Made by a program: the position numbers and the translations under genes. The notes under the pieces were generated by a model, which was not told the DNA's origin, ran no database searches, and saw only the letters and a program-made list of their open reading frames with translations. From an uncultured Candidatus Saccharibacteria bacterium (lineage in GTDB: Bacteria; Patescibacteriota; Minisyncoccia; UBA6257; WO2-44-18), in NCBI GenBank assembly GCA_964637575.1, contig CAZWVU010000002.1:18824-82823 (forward strand): 64,000 bases of DNA. Direction: 5' to 3'. Shown piece after piece: positions 1-9,879 of the stretch. How positions within the stretch are numbered: position 1 is the first letter of the stretch; each line of letters opens with the position of its first letter.

Positions 1-1
1 C

Positions 2-520
2 GCGCGCGATCTCGGGCGGCTCACTCTCAATCCGTTCAAACATCTGGATCTTTTCGGTTCAATCATTCTTCCCCTCACGCTCTTCATTCTTTCCCACGGC
101 GCCTTTGTCATCGGCTGGGCGAAGCCCGTGCCGTATAATCCCTATCATTTAAAAAATCCCCGGCGGGCGGCGGGTCTCATCGGGCTGGCCGGCCCGTTGA
201 GCAATCTGGCGATCGCCGGCGTGTTTGGCCTGGTTATCCGCGGGTTTTCCGGCGCTTCGCCGGAACTCGGAATGGCCCTTTCCTATATTGTATTCATCAA
301 CATCCTGCTGGCGGTGTTCAACCTTGTGCCGCTGCCGCCCCTGGACGGTTCCAATATTTTTTTTGCCCTTCTGCCGCGGAGCTGGTATGGAATCCAGCAG
401 GCATTGTCCCGTTACGGTTTCTGGCTGCTGATCATTTTTATTTTCTTCGGTTTTCAGCTGATTCTTCCCATAGTTGAAACGGTATTCCGCGCCTTTACCG
501 GAATGCCGGTTGCGTTCTAG
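2..520 (+). CDS. Site-2 protease (M50 zinc metalloprotease), 5' truncated by window edge
   Basis: GRLTLNPxxHxD, GWAKPVP, AGPLSN and FNLVPLPPLDG motifs. Confidence 0.9.
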   Translation, partial: ARDLGRLTLNPFKHLDLFGSIILPLTLFILSHGAFVIGWAKPVPYNPYHLKNPRRAAGLIGLAGPLSNLAIAGVFGLVIRGFSGASPELGMALSYIVFINILLAVFNLVPLPPLDGSNIFFALLPRSWYGIQQALSRYGFWLLIIFIFFGFQLILPIVETVFRAFTGMPVAF

Positions 521-529
521 CGCAAGGGT

Positions 530-559
530 TTGACTTGCGCCGCGGCTTTTTGCTATAGT
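530..559 (+). promoter_or_regulatory. Sigma70-type promoter of str operon
   Basis: TTGACT-18 bp-TATAGT upstream of rpsL. Confidence 0.6.
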
Positions 560-576
560 GTCTTCTACATATTGTT

Positions 577-996
577 ATGCCGACGATTCGACAGCTTGTC
601 CGCAAAGGACGCAAGAAAATCAATTATAAATCGAAAGCGCCCGCGATGACGCGGTATTTTAATTTTCTGAAGAACCGCCCGATGGAAGTGGCGGCGCCTT
701 TCAAACGCGGCGTCTGCGTGAAGGTTTTCACCACGACCCCGAAGAAGCCGAACTCAGCTTTGCGCAAAGTCGCCCGTGTGCGCCTTACCAACGGCATGGA
801 AATCACTGCGTATATTCCGGGCGAGGGACATAATCTCCAGGAACACTCCATCGTGATGGTGCGGGGCGGCCGCGTGAAAGACCTTCCGGGCGTGCGGTAT
901 CATATCGTCCGCGGCGTGCTGGACACGTCCGGTGTCAATGAACGCCATCAGCAGCGGTCAAAATACGGTGCGAAGAAACAGAAAGCGGCGCAATAA
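577..996 (+). CDS. rpsL: 30S ribosomal protein S12
   Basis: [20 protein letters not shown]. Confidence 0.99.
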   Translation: MPTIRQLVRKGRKKINYKSKAPAMTRYFNFLKNRPMEVAAPFKRGVCVKVFTTTPKKPNSALRKVARVRLTNGMEITAYIPGEGHNLQEHSIVMVRGGRVKDLPGVRYHIVRGVLDTSGVNERHQQRSKYGAKKQKAAQ

Positions 997-1002
997 ACCA
1001 CA

Positions 1003-1470
1003 ATGAGAAAGAAACAAAACTATAAGAGAGAGAAAAAGCCGGATTTGAAACATGGCAGCGTGGTCATCGGCCGGTTTATTAACTATCTGATGCAGGACGG
1101 CAAGAAAGCGACCGCCGAGAAGATCATGTACAACACCTTTGAGAAAATCCAGAAGGATACGAAGGAGGATCCGGTGAAATTATTTGAAAAAGCGATGGAG
1201 AACGCCGCCCCGGCGGTGGAAACCGCGACCCGGCGCGTCGGCGGCGCCAACTATCAGGTGCCGGTGGAAGTCCGCCCGGACCGGCGTTTTATTCTCGCCG
1301 CCCGCTGGATTATTTCCGCCGCCCGCGCGAAGAAAGGAAAGCCGATGGCCTCCAAACTCGCGGAAGAATTCATCCTGGCCTCCAAGAACGAAGGCGCTGC
1401 GATCAAAAAGAAACAGGATATGCACCGCATGGCCGAAGCGAACAGAGCATTTGCCCACTTTTCGTGGTAA
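1003..1470 (+). CDS. rpsG: 30S ribosomal protein S7
   Basis: RRVGGANYQVP, MAEANRAFAH. Confidence 0.99.
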   Translation: MRKKQNYKREKKPDLKHGSVVIGRFINYLMQDGKKATAEKIMYNTFEKIQKDTKEDPVKLFEKAMENAAPAVETATRRVGGANYQVPVEVRPDRRFILAARWIISAARAKKGKPMASKLAEEFILASKNEGAAIKKKQDMHRMAEANRAFAHFSW

Positions 1471-1471
1471 A

Positions 1472-1512
1472 CCTATAGGACGTACAAGTCCTATAGGACG
1501 TACAAGTCCTAT
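1472..1512. repeat. Tandem repeat (CCTATAGGACGTACAAGT)x2.3 filling the rpsG-fusA spacer
   Basis: Directly visible; contains palindrome GTCCTATAGGAC and a 9-nt sub-period. Confidence 0.9.
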
Positions 1513-3618
1513 ATGCCCCGATTATATCCATTAGACAGAATCCGTGACTTTGGCATTATCGCCCACATTGACGCGGGCAAGACCACTGTGTCCGAACGCG
1601 TGCTTTTTTATACCGGCGTATCCCACAAGATTGGCGAAGTACACACCGGTGACACCGTGATGGACTGGATGGAACAGGAACGTGAGCGCGGCATCACCAT
1701 CACCGCCGCTGCGACGACCGCGTTCTGGATCCCGACCTACGCGCACGGCGACAAGAACAAAGAAATCCGCTTCAACCTGATCGACACTCCCGGCCACATC
1801 GACTTTACTGTTGAAGTAAAGCGTTCTCTCCGCGTGCTCGACGGCGCGGTGGTGGTCTTTGACGGCGTATCCGGCGTGGAACCGCAATCCGAAACCAACT
1901 GGCGCTACGCCGACGACTACGGCGTGCCGCGCATCTGCTTTATCAATAAAATGGACCGTATGGGCGCCGACTTTGTCGCCGATGTGAAGTCTATCCAGGA
2001 GCGGCTCAACCCGCACGCGATTCCGGTGCAGATCCCGATGGGCGCCGAATCCAATTTCGAAGGCGTGATCGATCTGATGCGGATGAAGGCCTACTATTTT
2101 GAAGGAGAGAAGGGCGAAAAAATCATTGAAAAAGATATTCCTGAAAAATGGCACGAGGAAGCCAAAAAGTACCGCCACGCGCTGATGGAGAAAATCGTGG
2201 AGCAGGACGAAAAAGTGATGAGCGACTACCTGGATGGCAAGGAGCCGGATCTTGCCACTCTGAAGAGTTTGCTTCGCGCCGCCTGCCTGAAAGTGCAGAT
2301 CATCCCGATTTTTTGCGGTTCCGCGCTCAAGAATAAGGGTGTCCAGCTGGTGCTCGACGGTGTGGTGGACTATCTCCCGTCGCCGCTCGATATCAAACCG
2401 ACCAAAGCCATTGACGTGAATACGGGCGCCGAGCTCGGCCGCAAAGCGTCCGACGCCGAACCGTTTACCGCGCTCGCGTTCAAGATCGCGACCGATCCGT
2501 TCGTCGGTTCGCTCACATTCTTCCGCGTGTATTCCGGTGTACTGAAAAAAGGAAGCTATATTCTGAACTCGTCCAAAGGAAAGACCGAGCGGGTCAGCCG
2601 CATCGTGAAGATGCACGCCAACCAGCGCGAGGAAATCGACGAAATTTACGCGGGAGAGATTGGCGCGCTTGTCGGACTGAAGGACACCACCACCGGTGAC
2701 ACGCTTTGCGATCCTGATCATCCGGTAACACTCGAGAAGATCAAGTTTCCGGAACCGGTTATCGGCATCCGCATTGAGCCGAAAACGAAAGCCGACCAGG
2801 AAAAAATGGGACTGGCGCTCCGGCGTCTGGCCGACGAAGACCCGACTTTCCGGGTCACCGGTGACTTGGAAACAGGGGAGACGATCATTTCCGGCATGGG
2901 CGAACTGCACTTGGATATCATTGTCGACCGCATGAAACGCGAATTCGGCGTGGAGTCCAACGTCGGGCGTCCGCAGGTTGCGTATAAAGAAACAATTCAG
3001 GGTGAGGCCGAAGGCGAAGGTAAATACATCAAGCAGTCCGGCGGTAAGGGTCAGTATGGCCACGCCTGGGTGAAGATTGAACCGATGGAACGCGGCAAGG
3101 GTTTCGAATTCCTCAACGAGATCAAGGGCGGTTCGGTGCCGAAAGAATTTATTGCTCCGATTGAAAAAGGCGTGAAGGAAGCCATCACGAAGGGCGTCGT
3201 CGCCGGATATCCGATGATCGACGTGAGAGTGACGCTCTTTGACGGATCGTTCCATGAAGTGGACTCGTCCGAAGCGGCGTTTAAAATCGCCGGCTCCATG
3301 GCATTTAAAGATGCCGCCAACAAGGCGAAGCCGGTCATTCTTGAACCGATCATGAAGATCCAGGTCATTGCTCCAGCCGACTATCTCGGCGATGTAACCG
3401 GCGACTTGAGTTCCAAGCGCGGCCGTATTGAAGAGATGAGCGACCGGCTCGGCGGTCTGAAAGTAGTGGACGCGATGGTGCCGCTTTCCGAAATGTTCGG
3501 CTACGCGACCAAGCTCCGCTCCATGTCCCAGGGCCGCGGTAACTTCACGATGGAATTCGATCACTACGAGCCGGTGCCACAGAATGTTGCCGCTTTGATC
3601 AAAGAAGGGAAAAAATAA
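1513..3618 (+). CDS. fusA: Elongation factor G
   Basis: [23 protein letters not shown]; 701 aa. Confidence 0.99.
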   Translation: MPRLYPLDRIRDFGIIAHIDAGKTTVSERVLFYTGVSHKIGEVHTGDTVMDWMEQERERGITITAAATTAFWIPTYAHGDKNKEIRFNLIDTPGHIDFTVEVKRSLRVLDGAVVVFDGVSGVEPQSETNWRYADDYGVPRICFINKMDRMGADFVADVKSIQERLNPHAIPVQIPMGAESNFEGVIDLMRMKAYYFEGEKGEKIIEKDIPEKWHEEAKKYRHALMEKIVEQDEKVMSDYLDGKEPDLATLKSLLRAACLKVQIIPIFCGSALKNKGVQLVLDGVVDYLPSPLDIKPTKAIDVNTGAELGRKASDAEPFTALAFKIATDPFVGSLTFFRVYSGVLKKGSYILNSSKGKTERVSRIVKMHANQREEIDEIYAGEIGALVGLKDTTTGDTLCDPDHPVTLEKIKFPEPVIGIRIEPKTKADQEKMGLALRRLADEDPTFRVTGDLETGETIISGMGELHLDIIVDRMKREFGVESNVGRPQVAYKETIQGEAEGEGKYIKQSGGKGQYGHAWVKIEPMERGKGFEFLNEIKGGSVPKEFIAPIEKGVKEAITKGVVAGYPMIDVRVTLFDGSFHEVDSSEAAFKIAGSMAFKDAANKAKPVILEPIMKIQVIAPADYLGDVTGDLSSKRGRIEEMSDRLGGLKVVDAMVPLSEMFGYATKLRSMSQGRGNFTMEFDHYEPVPQNVAALIKEGKK

Positions 3619-3654
3619 AAGCCGCTGGACAAATCCGGCGGTTTTTATTATTGT
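3617..3654 (+). terminator. Intrinsic terminator after fusA with an embedded promoter
   Basis: GCCGCTGGA-caaa-TCCGGCGG + T-run; TGGACA-17 bp-TATTGT overlaps it. Confidence 0.7.
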
Positions 3655-3683
3655 GAATCCAGTTTTTTTGAAAGGGGATCTGT

Positions 3684-4586
3684 ATGCTGTTCGCGAGAAT
3701 AATCCTGGCGCTGATCGCGGTGGGCGCGGGCGCTGCGGACTGGCTGCTCTGGGACGCGGTGAAGGATAACTCCGGCAATCCAACTTTGGGAAGGATGTTT
3801 ATCGTCTGGGCCAGCGCGCTGTTCGCGCTTCCGGCGATCGCCGTATTCCTTCTGTCGTTCCTGAAAGGCACCATAAAAGACGGGAAGATTCTGGTTGGCA
3901 AAGACCATTCGATAATTAAATTCGCCACGTTCTGGTGCGACAGAGAAGCAGAAAAAGATGACAGCATCCTGAAGAAGTTGAATGTCTGCGGATTGTTCTG
4001 GCTCACGTGGTTCAGTCTCTCGGTCAGCTTCGGGGTCATCGCAATGGCGGCCGGAGCGGTTTTCTGCGGCATCGCTGTTATAAAAAGTATCGCAGGCGAT
4101 GCGCCGCTTCATTTCCGAAATGGAATACAGCATCCCTGGATCGCGCTCTGCTCAATTATTGTGTGTATCGGAAGTTTTACCGGGGCATTCGTTGCAGGCG
4201 TGAAAACTCAAAGCAAGGCGGGAAAATGGTTTTTCTTTGGATTGAGCGGCGCGATCCTTGTCGGATTTGGCGGATTCTGCGCCCCAATGCTGGAATTTAC
4301 CGAGCAGATGCCTTTTTCGGAAGCGCTGTCGGCGTACTGGGCGGCATTGCAAAAGAACGGATTGATGTACGCCGGGATCATACTCGGATTTATTGTCGGG
4401 ATCGCGCTGGTGCTCGGAATGATCTTCGGCATGTTTGTCGGGATCAAGTCGCTCCGCACCACGGTCATCGGAAAAATTCTTTCTGAAGGCTGGAAGGCGT
4501 TCAAGACGAGAACGTGCCCGGTCGTTTCAGTGATCGGAATTGAGAAAGGGCCCGTAAAGGAGACCGCCAATGGAAACGCTGGCTAG
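3684..4586 (+). CDS. Orphan polytopic membrane protein inserted between fusA and tuf
   Basis: 300-aa ORF with several hydrophobic helices; SD GAAAGGGG. Confidence 0.75.
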   Translation: MLFARIILALIAVGAGAADWLLWDAVKDNSGNPTLGRMFIVWASALFALPAIAVFLLSFLKGTIKDGKILVGKDHSIIKFATFWCDREAEKDDSILKKLNVCGLFWLTWFSLSVSFGVIAMAAGAVFCGIAVIKSIAGDAPLHFRNGIQHPWIALCSIIVCIGSFTGAFVAGVKTQSKAGKWFFFGLSGAILVGFGGFCAPMLEFTEQMPFSEALSAYWAALQKNGLMYAGIILGFIVGIALVLGMIFGMFVGIKSLRTTVIGKILSEGWKAFKTRTCPVVSVIGIEKGPVKETANGNAG

Positions 4587-4830
4587 CGGATCTGATACGC
4601 GGAAGATCAAGATCCGGCTGGAGAAGCTGCTTTGGCAGATCAGGCGTGCGGAAACCAAGCAGCAAAAAACAAAAAATCGCGCGGAAAAAATTCAGCGGGA
4701 AATCGAAGCGGGGACCGTTTTGTTGGTCAATCTGGCCTGCGCCATCAAAACGACCGTCGCGGAGCTGGATGCCGCCGGCTGGAACCGCGCCGCATTTGAA
4801 AAGCGCACCGGCTTGAAGCTTCCCAGTTAG
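4570..4830 (+). CDS. Small basic helical hypothetical protein
   Basis: 86-aa ORF, SD AAAGGAG, followed by a terminator. Confidence 0.6.
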   Translation: METLASGSDTRKIKIRLEKLLWQIRRAETKQQKTKNRAEKIQREIEAGTVLLVNLACAIKTTVAELDAAGWNRAAFEKRTGLKLPS

Positions 4831-4836
4831 CAAAAT

Positions 4837-4862
4837 AAAACACCCCACACTTGGGGTGTTTT
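4837..4862 (+). terminator. Intrinsic terminator
   Basis: AAAACACCCCA-cact-TGGGGTGTTTT. Confidence 0.8.
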
Positions 4863-4913
4863 CATTCCGCGCTGCTCAAACCAAACCACCACCTCAAAAA
4901 ATCGCGAAAGAAA

Positions 4914-5078
4914 GAGCTACCGCCCTGCTCCACGGGGAGCGTTTCGGAGCCGATTCGGCTGGCCTGACGCATGGTTGCGTCAGAGCCGTCAGACGCCTTG
5001 CGAATCGGCGAGAACCAGGCGACTTTTGCCGCGGGAGCAAAAGGACGCCGTGCTCCCGAGGAGCTGGGGTGGCAGCTT
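4914..5078 (+). repeat. Structured intergenic element family B, copy 1
   Basis: Core 4942-5013 highly similar to 39885-39955; multibranch fold with closing stem. Confidence 0.75.
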
Positions 5079-5091
5079 ATCCCTCCACCCC

Positions 5092-5121
5092 TTGACACTA
5101 AAGCTACTTCTTATATACAAT
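5092..5121 (+). promoter_or_regulatory. Promoter of tuf
   Basis: TTGACA-18 bp-TACAAT. Confidence 0.7.
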
Positions 5122-5188
5122 CTCTGTATTGTTAATTATTAGAAAAAGTCGCGAATTTTTATTACAAAAATATAAACGTTAGAAGATT

Positions 5189-6391
5189 ATGGCAGAAAAG
5201 GAGAAATTTCAGAGGACTAAACCTCACGTAAACGTCGGAACTATCGGTCACGTCGACCACGGGAAAACCACGCTCAGCGCGGCGATTACCCATGTCGCGT
5301 CTTTGCTCGGTCGGGGTAAGGAAAAAGCGTACGCAGATATCGCCAAAGGCGGTACCGTCCGCGATGACAGCAAAATCGTCACCATCGCGGTGTCGCACTT
5401 GGAATACGAATCCGAGAAGCGCCACTATGCGCACATCGACTGCCCCGGGCACGCCGATTACATTAAAAACATGATCACGGGTGCCGCGCAGATGGACGGC
5501 GCCATTCTGGTGGTGTCCGCTGTGGACGGCCCGATGCCTCAGACCCGCGAGCACATTCTTTTGGCCCGTCAGGTCGGCGTTCCTTCCATTGTAGTGTTCC
5601 TGAACAAGGTTGACCTCGTTTCTGACAAGGAACTTGTTGACCTCGTGGAAGCCGAAGTCCGCGAACTTTTGAAGAAGTACGAGTATCCGGGCGATACGAC
5701 CCCGATTATCCGCGGTTCCGCGTTGGCGGCGCTGAATGCCAAGTCCGCCACGGATGAGGGCGCGAAGCCGATCCTTGATTTGATGAAAGCGCTGGATGAA
5801 TTCATTCCGGAACCGGTCCGCGATACCGCCAAGCCGTTCCTGATGGCGATCGAAGATATCTTCTCGATTGAAGGCCGTGGCACCGTAGTCACCGGCAAGA
5901 TTGAGCGTGGCATGTGCAAACTGAACGAAGAAGTGGAAATTATCGGTCTTCGTCCGAATATGAAGTCGGTAATCACCGGCATCGAAATGTTCAACAAACT
6001 GATGGATGAAGGACGTGCTGGCGACAATGTCGGTCTCTTGATGCGCGGTTTGAAGAAAGAAGATGTGGAGCGCGGCCAGGTAGTTGCCAAGCCGGGTTCC
6101 GTGGTTCCGCACACCGAATTCGAAGCGGAAGTCTACATTTTGAGCAAAGACGAAGGTGGCCGCCATACTCCGTTTTTCAAGGGATACAAGCCGCAGTTCT
6201 ATATCCGCACGACCGATGTTACCGGCGAGGTAACCTTGCCGGCGGGAATGGAAATGGTAATGCCGGGTGATACCATTCAGTTTGCTGTGAAACTGATCGC
6301 GCCGGTAGCGCTGGAAGATAAGCAGCGCTTCGCCATCCGCGAAGGCGGCAAGACCGTCGGTGCCGGTGTCGTTACCAAAATTACGAAATAA
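5189..6391 (+). CDS. tuf: Elongation factor Tu (atypical switch I)
   Basis: [41 protein letters not shown]. Confidence 0.99.
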   Translation: MAEKEKFQRTKPHVNVGTIGHVDHGKTTLSAAITHVASLLGRGKEKAYADIAKGGTVRDDSKIVTIAVSHLEYESEKRHYAHIDCPGHADYIKNMITGAAQMDGAILVVSAVDGPMPQTREHILLARQVGVPSIVVFLNKVDLVSDKELVDLVEAEVRELLKKYEYPGDTTPIIRGSALAALNAKSATDEGAKPILDLMKALDEFIPEPVRDTAKPFLMAIEDIFSIEGRGTVVTGKIERGMCKLNEEVEIIGLRPNMKSVITGIEMFNKLMDEGRAGDNVGLLMRGLKKEDVERGQVVAKPGSVVPHTEFEAEVYILSKDEGGRHTPFFKGYKPQFYIRTTDVTGEVTLPAGMEMVMPGDTIQFAVKLIAPVALEDKQRFAIREGGKTVGAGVVTKITK

Positions 6392-6416
6392 TAATCTCAG
6401 AACACCGCTCTTTACT

Positions 6417-6743
6417 ATGGCCAAACAAAAGGAAGAACAGGAGAAGCTTCGCCTGCGCATCAAAGCGTATGACAGCAAGCTGATCGATAATTCCGCGAAG
6501 CAGATCGTGGACACCGCGAAGCGGCACGATGCCGAGGTAATCGGCCCGATTCCGCTTCCGACGGAGATGAAGAAGTACACGGTCAACCGTTCCACCTTCG
6601 TGCACAAGAATTCCCGGGAGCAGTTTGAACTCCGGGTGCATAAGCGTCTGATCGACATTCTTAATCCCAACCAGGGATTGATCGAGTCCCTTTCGCACCT
6701 GAATCTTCCTTCCGGTGTGGACATAGAAATCAAGATGGTCTAA
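6417..6743 (+). CDS. rpsJ: 30S ribosomal protein S10
   Basis: [28 protein letters not shown]; start refined to ATG 6417. Confidence 0.98.
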   Translation: MAKQKEEQEKLRLRIKAYDSKLIDNSAKQIVDTAKRHDAEVIGPIPLPTEMKKYTVNRSTFVHKNSREQFELRVHKRLIDILNPNQGLIESLSHLNLPSGVDIEIKMV

Positions 6744-6754
6744 CCGATGATACA

Positions 6755-6784
6755 GCAAGAGCCCCGCATCCGCGGGGCTCTTGC
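6755..6784 (+). terminator. Hairpin between rpsJ and rplC, followed by a promoter-like TTGCGT-17 bp-TAGAAT
   Basis: GCAAGAGCCCCGC-atcc-GCGGGGCTCTTGC. Confidence 0.6.
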
Positions 6785-6850
6785 GTTATAAGCGGCGTTT
6801 GTGTAGAATAGTAATCACTGTGTTTATTTTATTTCCACTTCAGGGAACAC

Positions 6851-7270
6851 ATGGAAAAACTTATTGGAAAAAAGTTAAAAATGGATCAGGTATTTGTGGG
6901 CGACAAAGTTTTCGGCGTAACCCCGGTAAAAATCGAAACGGGTAATTTTGAGTCCGTGAAGGCAGGCGATCTCGTCGAAGTCAGCGGCATCAACAAGGGC
7001 CGGGGATTTCAGGGCGTCGTTAAGCGTCACGGTTTTCACGGCGGACCGCGCACACACGGTCAGAAAAACCGCCATCGGGCGCCGGGTTCCATCGGCAACA
7101 CTACTCCTCAGCGCGTCATTCCCGGACGGCGCATGGCCGGTCACATGGGTATGGAGCGGATTACCAGCAAGAATATCAAGGTGGTGGAAATCAACGCGGA
7201 AAATAAAATTTTGTTTCTCAACGGCGCGGTTCCGGGATACAAAGGAAATAAAGTTGAGATTTATAAATAA
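6851..7270 (+). CDS. rplC: 50S ribosomal protein L3, internally deleted (139 aa)
   Basis: [29 protein letters not shown]; position in the S10 operon. Confidence 0.95.
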   Translation: MEKLIGKKLKMDQVFVGDKVFGVTPVKIETGNFESVKAGDLVEVSGINKGRGFQGVVKRHGFHGGPRTHGQKNRHRAPGSIGNTTPQRVIPGRRMAGHMGMERITSKNIKVVEINAENKILFLNGAVPGYKGNKVEIYK

Positions 7271-7276
7271 ACTCCG

Positions 7277-7882
7277 ATGAAAGCCCAGGTCTACAATTTA
7301 AAAGGCGACGTGGTGGGGGATATTGAACTCTCCGACAAAATTTTCGCCCGCGAGTGGAATGCCGACCTGGTGCATCAGATCGCGCTGTCGCAGGCGGCCA
7401 ACCGCCGGCTTCCCTGGGCGCATTCTAAAAACCGCGGCGAAGTGCGCGGTGGCGGCGTGAAGCCGTGGAAACAGAAACATACCGGCCGCGCCCGTCACGG
7501 CTCCATCCGTTCTCCTATCTGGAAAGGCGGCGGTGTTACCCATGGACCGGTTGTTGAGCGCGATTACTCCAAGAAAGTGAATAAAAAAATGCTTCGGGTA
7601 GCGATCCATTCCGTGCTCTCCAAGAAATTGGCCGAGGGCCAGTTGCGGATCGTGGATTCCCTGCAAATTGAAGCTCCGAAAACGAAGCTCATGTTCAACG
7701 CGGTCAAAAGCCTTCTGCCGGCGCTGCTCGTTCCGGAAACCAAGCATTCCCAGATGGTGGGCCGCGCGTCCCGCAACATCCCGAAAGCGAAGTCACTGAA
7801 CGGCGCGTCCATTAACGTTGAGGATCTGTTGCGCTATAAAAATATCCTGCTCGAAAAAAACGCGGTGGCGGAAATTAAATAA
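7277..7882 (+). CDS. rplD: 50S ribosomal protein L4
   Basis: RGEVRGGG, KPWKQKHTGRARHGS. Confidence 0.98.
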   Translation: MKAQVYNLKGDVVGDIELSDKIFAREWNADLVHQIALSQAANRRLPWAHSKNRGEVRGGGVKPWKQKHTGRARHGSIRSPIWKGGGVTHGPVVERDYSKKVNKKMLRVAIHSVLSKKLAEGQLRIVDSLQIEAPKTKLMFNAVKSLLPALLVPETKHSQMVGRASRNIPKAKSLNGASINVEDLLRYKNILLEKNAVAEIK

Positions 7883-7883
7883 T

Positions 7884-8165
7884 ATGGACAAGACCATCAT
7901 CAAGAACCCGATCATCACTGAAAAAGCCACGATGCTCAGCGCCGACCGCAAGTACGTGTTTTTGGTTGCCAACCATGCCACCAAGCCGGAAATCAAAAAA
8001 GCGCTTCAACATATCTATAAGGTGAATGTGGAAAACGTCCAGGTAGTAAATACCCGTCCGAAACCCCGGCGCATGGGCGCTCACACGAACCTGAAGCCGG
8101 GATACCGGAAGGCGATCGTCACCCTGAAAGAAGGTCAGAAATTGGATGTCCTGCCGCACGCATAA
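7884..8165 (+). CDS. rplW: 50S ribosomal protein L23
   Basis: PIITEKA, KPEIKKA, YRKAIVTL. Confidence 0.97.
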   Translation: MDKTIIKNPIITEKATMLSADRKYVFLVANHATKPEIKKALQHIYKVNVENVQVVNTRPKPRRMGAHTNLKPGYRKAIVTLKEGQKLDVLPHA

Positions 8166-8179
8166 TATCCACTAATTTT

Positions 8180-9013
8180 ATGAAGCAATTTAAACCCACA
8201 AGTCCGTCACGGCGCCAGATGACCACCGTTCCTTACCGGGAGCTGATCACGACCCGCGAGCCGCACAAGCAGCTGACGATGCGTCTCCGCACCAACGCCG
8301 GCCGCAATAACCGCGGTGTCATTACCACGCGTCATCAGGGCGGCGGCAACAAAAAAATATACCGTGTCGTGGATTTTCTTCAGAATAAAGTAGGTATTCC
8401 GGGCCGGGTGGAAACCGTTGAGTATGATCCGTACCGCAGCGCCTTCATCGCGTTAATTTCCTACAAAGACGGGGAGCGCCGCTATATTCTGGCGCCGAAG
8501 GATCTTAAAGTGGGAGACATGATCGTGACCGCGGAGCAGGCTGAACTGAAACCAGGCAACCGGCTGAAGATCAAAAATGTTCCGGTCGGCTACCAGGTCC
8601 ATAATGTGGAAATCCGCGCGGGAGGCGGCGCCCGCCTGGCCCGCTCCGCCGGCGCCTATGCCGAAGTGCTCGCCCATGAAGGCGGCCTTACCGACCTCCG
8701 TCTTGGCTCCAAAGAAATCCGCAAGGTTTCTTCCGAAGGCTGGGCTTCCATTGGACAAGTTTCCAATCCTGATTATAATCTTACGAATATCGGAAAAGCC
8801 GGCCGTTCCCGCTGGCTGGGCATCCGCCCGACTGTGCGAGGCACGGTCATGAATCCGGTAGATCATCCGTACGGTGGCGGTGAAGGCAAACAGCCGCGTG
8901 GCACCAAGCGTCCGAAGACAATGTGGGGCAAGATTACCGGCGGCCGGAAGACCCGTCACGCGAAAAAGTGGTCGTCCAAATGGATCGTCCAGCGGCGTCC
9001 GAAAGTCCGCTAA
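8180..9013 (+). CDS. rplB: 50S ribosomal protein L2
   Basis: EYDPYRSA, RPTVRG, MNPVDHPYGGGEG. Confidence 0.99.
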   Translation: MKQFKPTSPSRRQMTTVPYRELITTREPHKQLTMRLRTNAGRNNRGVITTRHQGGGNKKIYRVVDFLQNKVGIPGRVETVEYDPYRSAFIALISYKDGERRYILAPKDLKVGDMIVTAEQAELKPGNRLKIKNVPVGYQVHNVEIRAGGGARLARSAGAYAEVLAHEGGLTDLRLGSKEIRKVSSEGWASIGQVSNPDYNLTNIGKAGRSRWLGIRPTVRGTVMNPVDHPYGGGEGKQPRGTKRPKTMWGKITGGRKTRHAKKWSSKWIVQRRPKVR

Positions 9014-9022
9014 TAAAATAAT

Positions 9023-9364
9023 ATGTCACGCTCAAGCAAAAAAGGTCCTTTCGTGGATCCAAAATTAATGAAGAAGATCTCCAGGCTGAAGACCGGCGAC
9101 AAGACGGTTATTAAGACGTGGTCGCGTGATTCGGAGATCGCGCCGGAAATGGTGGGCTTCACCATCGGGGTACACAACGGCAAATCCCACATCGAAGTGC
9201 TGATTAAGGAAGAGATGGTCGGTCACCGTCTGGGTGAGTTTTCTCCGACGCGCAAATTCGTAAAACATGGAGGTAAGATGCAGCGTGAATTGGAGGTCGC
9301 CGCGCAGGCCGCGGAAGCGCAGAAAGCCGCCGCCGCGAAAACCGCGCCTGAAGCCAAGAAATAA
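9023..9364 (+). CDS. rpsS: 30S ribosomal protein S19
   Basis: [22 protein letters not shown]. Confidence 0.99.
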   Translation: MSRSSKKGPFVDPKLMKKISRLKTGDKTVIKTWSRDSEIAPEMVGFTIGVHNGKSHIEVLIKEEMVGHRLGEFSPTRKFVKHGGKMQRELEVAAQAAEAQKAAAAKTAPEAKK

Positions 9365-9375
9365 ATATATCGAGT

Positions 9376-9870
9376 ATGGCAATGCAAACCGCAAAACTTA
9401 ATTATCTGAAAATCGCCCCGCGTAAAGTACGGCTTATTGCCAATACCTTGAAGGGACTCTCGGTCAAGGAAGCGGAGGCCCAGCTGGTGCTCCGCATTCA
9501 GCGTTCCTCGGAGCCGCTGTTGAAACTGCTCCGTTCCGCGGTTGCCAATGCGAAAAATAATAAGCTGGATACCAGCAAACTTTTCATCAGCTCAATCCTC
9601 GTAAATCAGGGACCGATGCTCAAGCGGTTTATGCCGCGCGCCCAGGGCCGCGCCACTCCGATCCACAAGAAAATGAGCCACGTCGTCCTGACACTGTCCG
9701 AACAGGAACACGCATTCGTTGACCGCTTCGTGATCAATCCTCCCGCGAAAAAAGTGAAAGAAACCAAAGAACGGGCCAAACCGAAGGCCGAAGAAGTTAA
9801 GAAGGAAACCGCGACCGGAACCAAGAAGCCGGGACTCTTAAAGCGGATGTTCCGCCGGACGGCTGTATAA
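9376..9870 (+). CDS. rplV: 50S ribosomal protein L22 with C-terminal extension
   Basis: APRKVRL, SAVANA, PRAQGRA. Confidence 0.98.
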   Translation: MAMQTAKLNYLKIAPRKVRLIANTLKGLSVKEAEAQLVLRIQRSSEPLLKLLRSAVANAKNNKLDTSKLFISSILVNQGPMLKRFMPRAQGRATPIHKKMSHVVLTLSEQEHAFVDRFVINPPAKKVKETKERAKPKAEEVKKETATGTKKPGLLKRMFRRTAV

Positions 9871-9879
9871 CACACCAAT

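Noticed and set aside
1531-3783. 750-aa antisense ORF over fusA, and similar shadows over tuf, fad and other genes
   Set aside because: Expected antisense shadows of GC-rich, codon-biased genes; no motifs or start signals.
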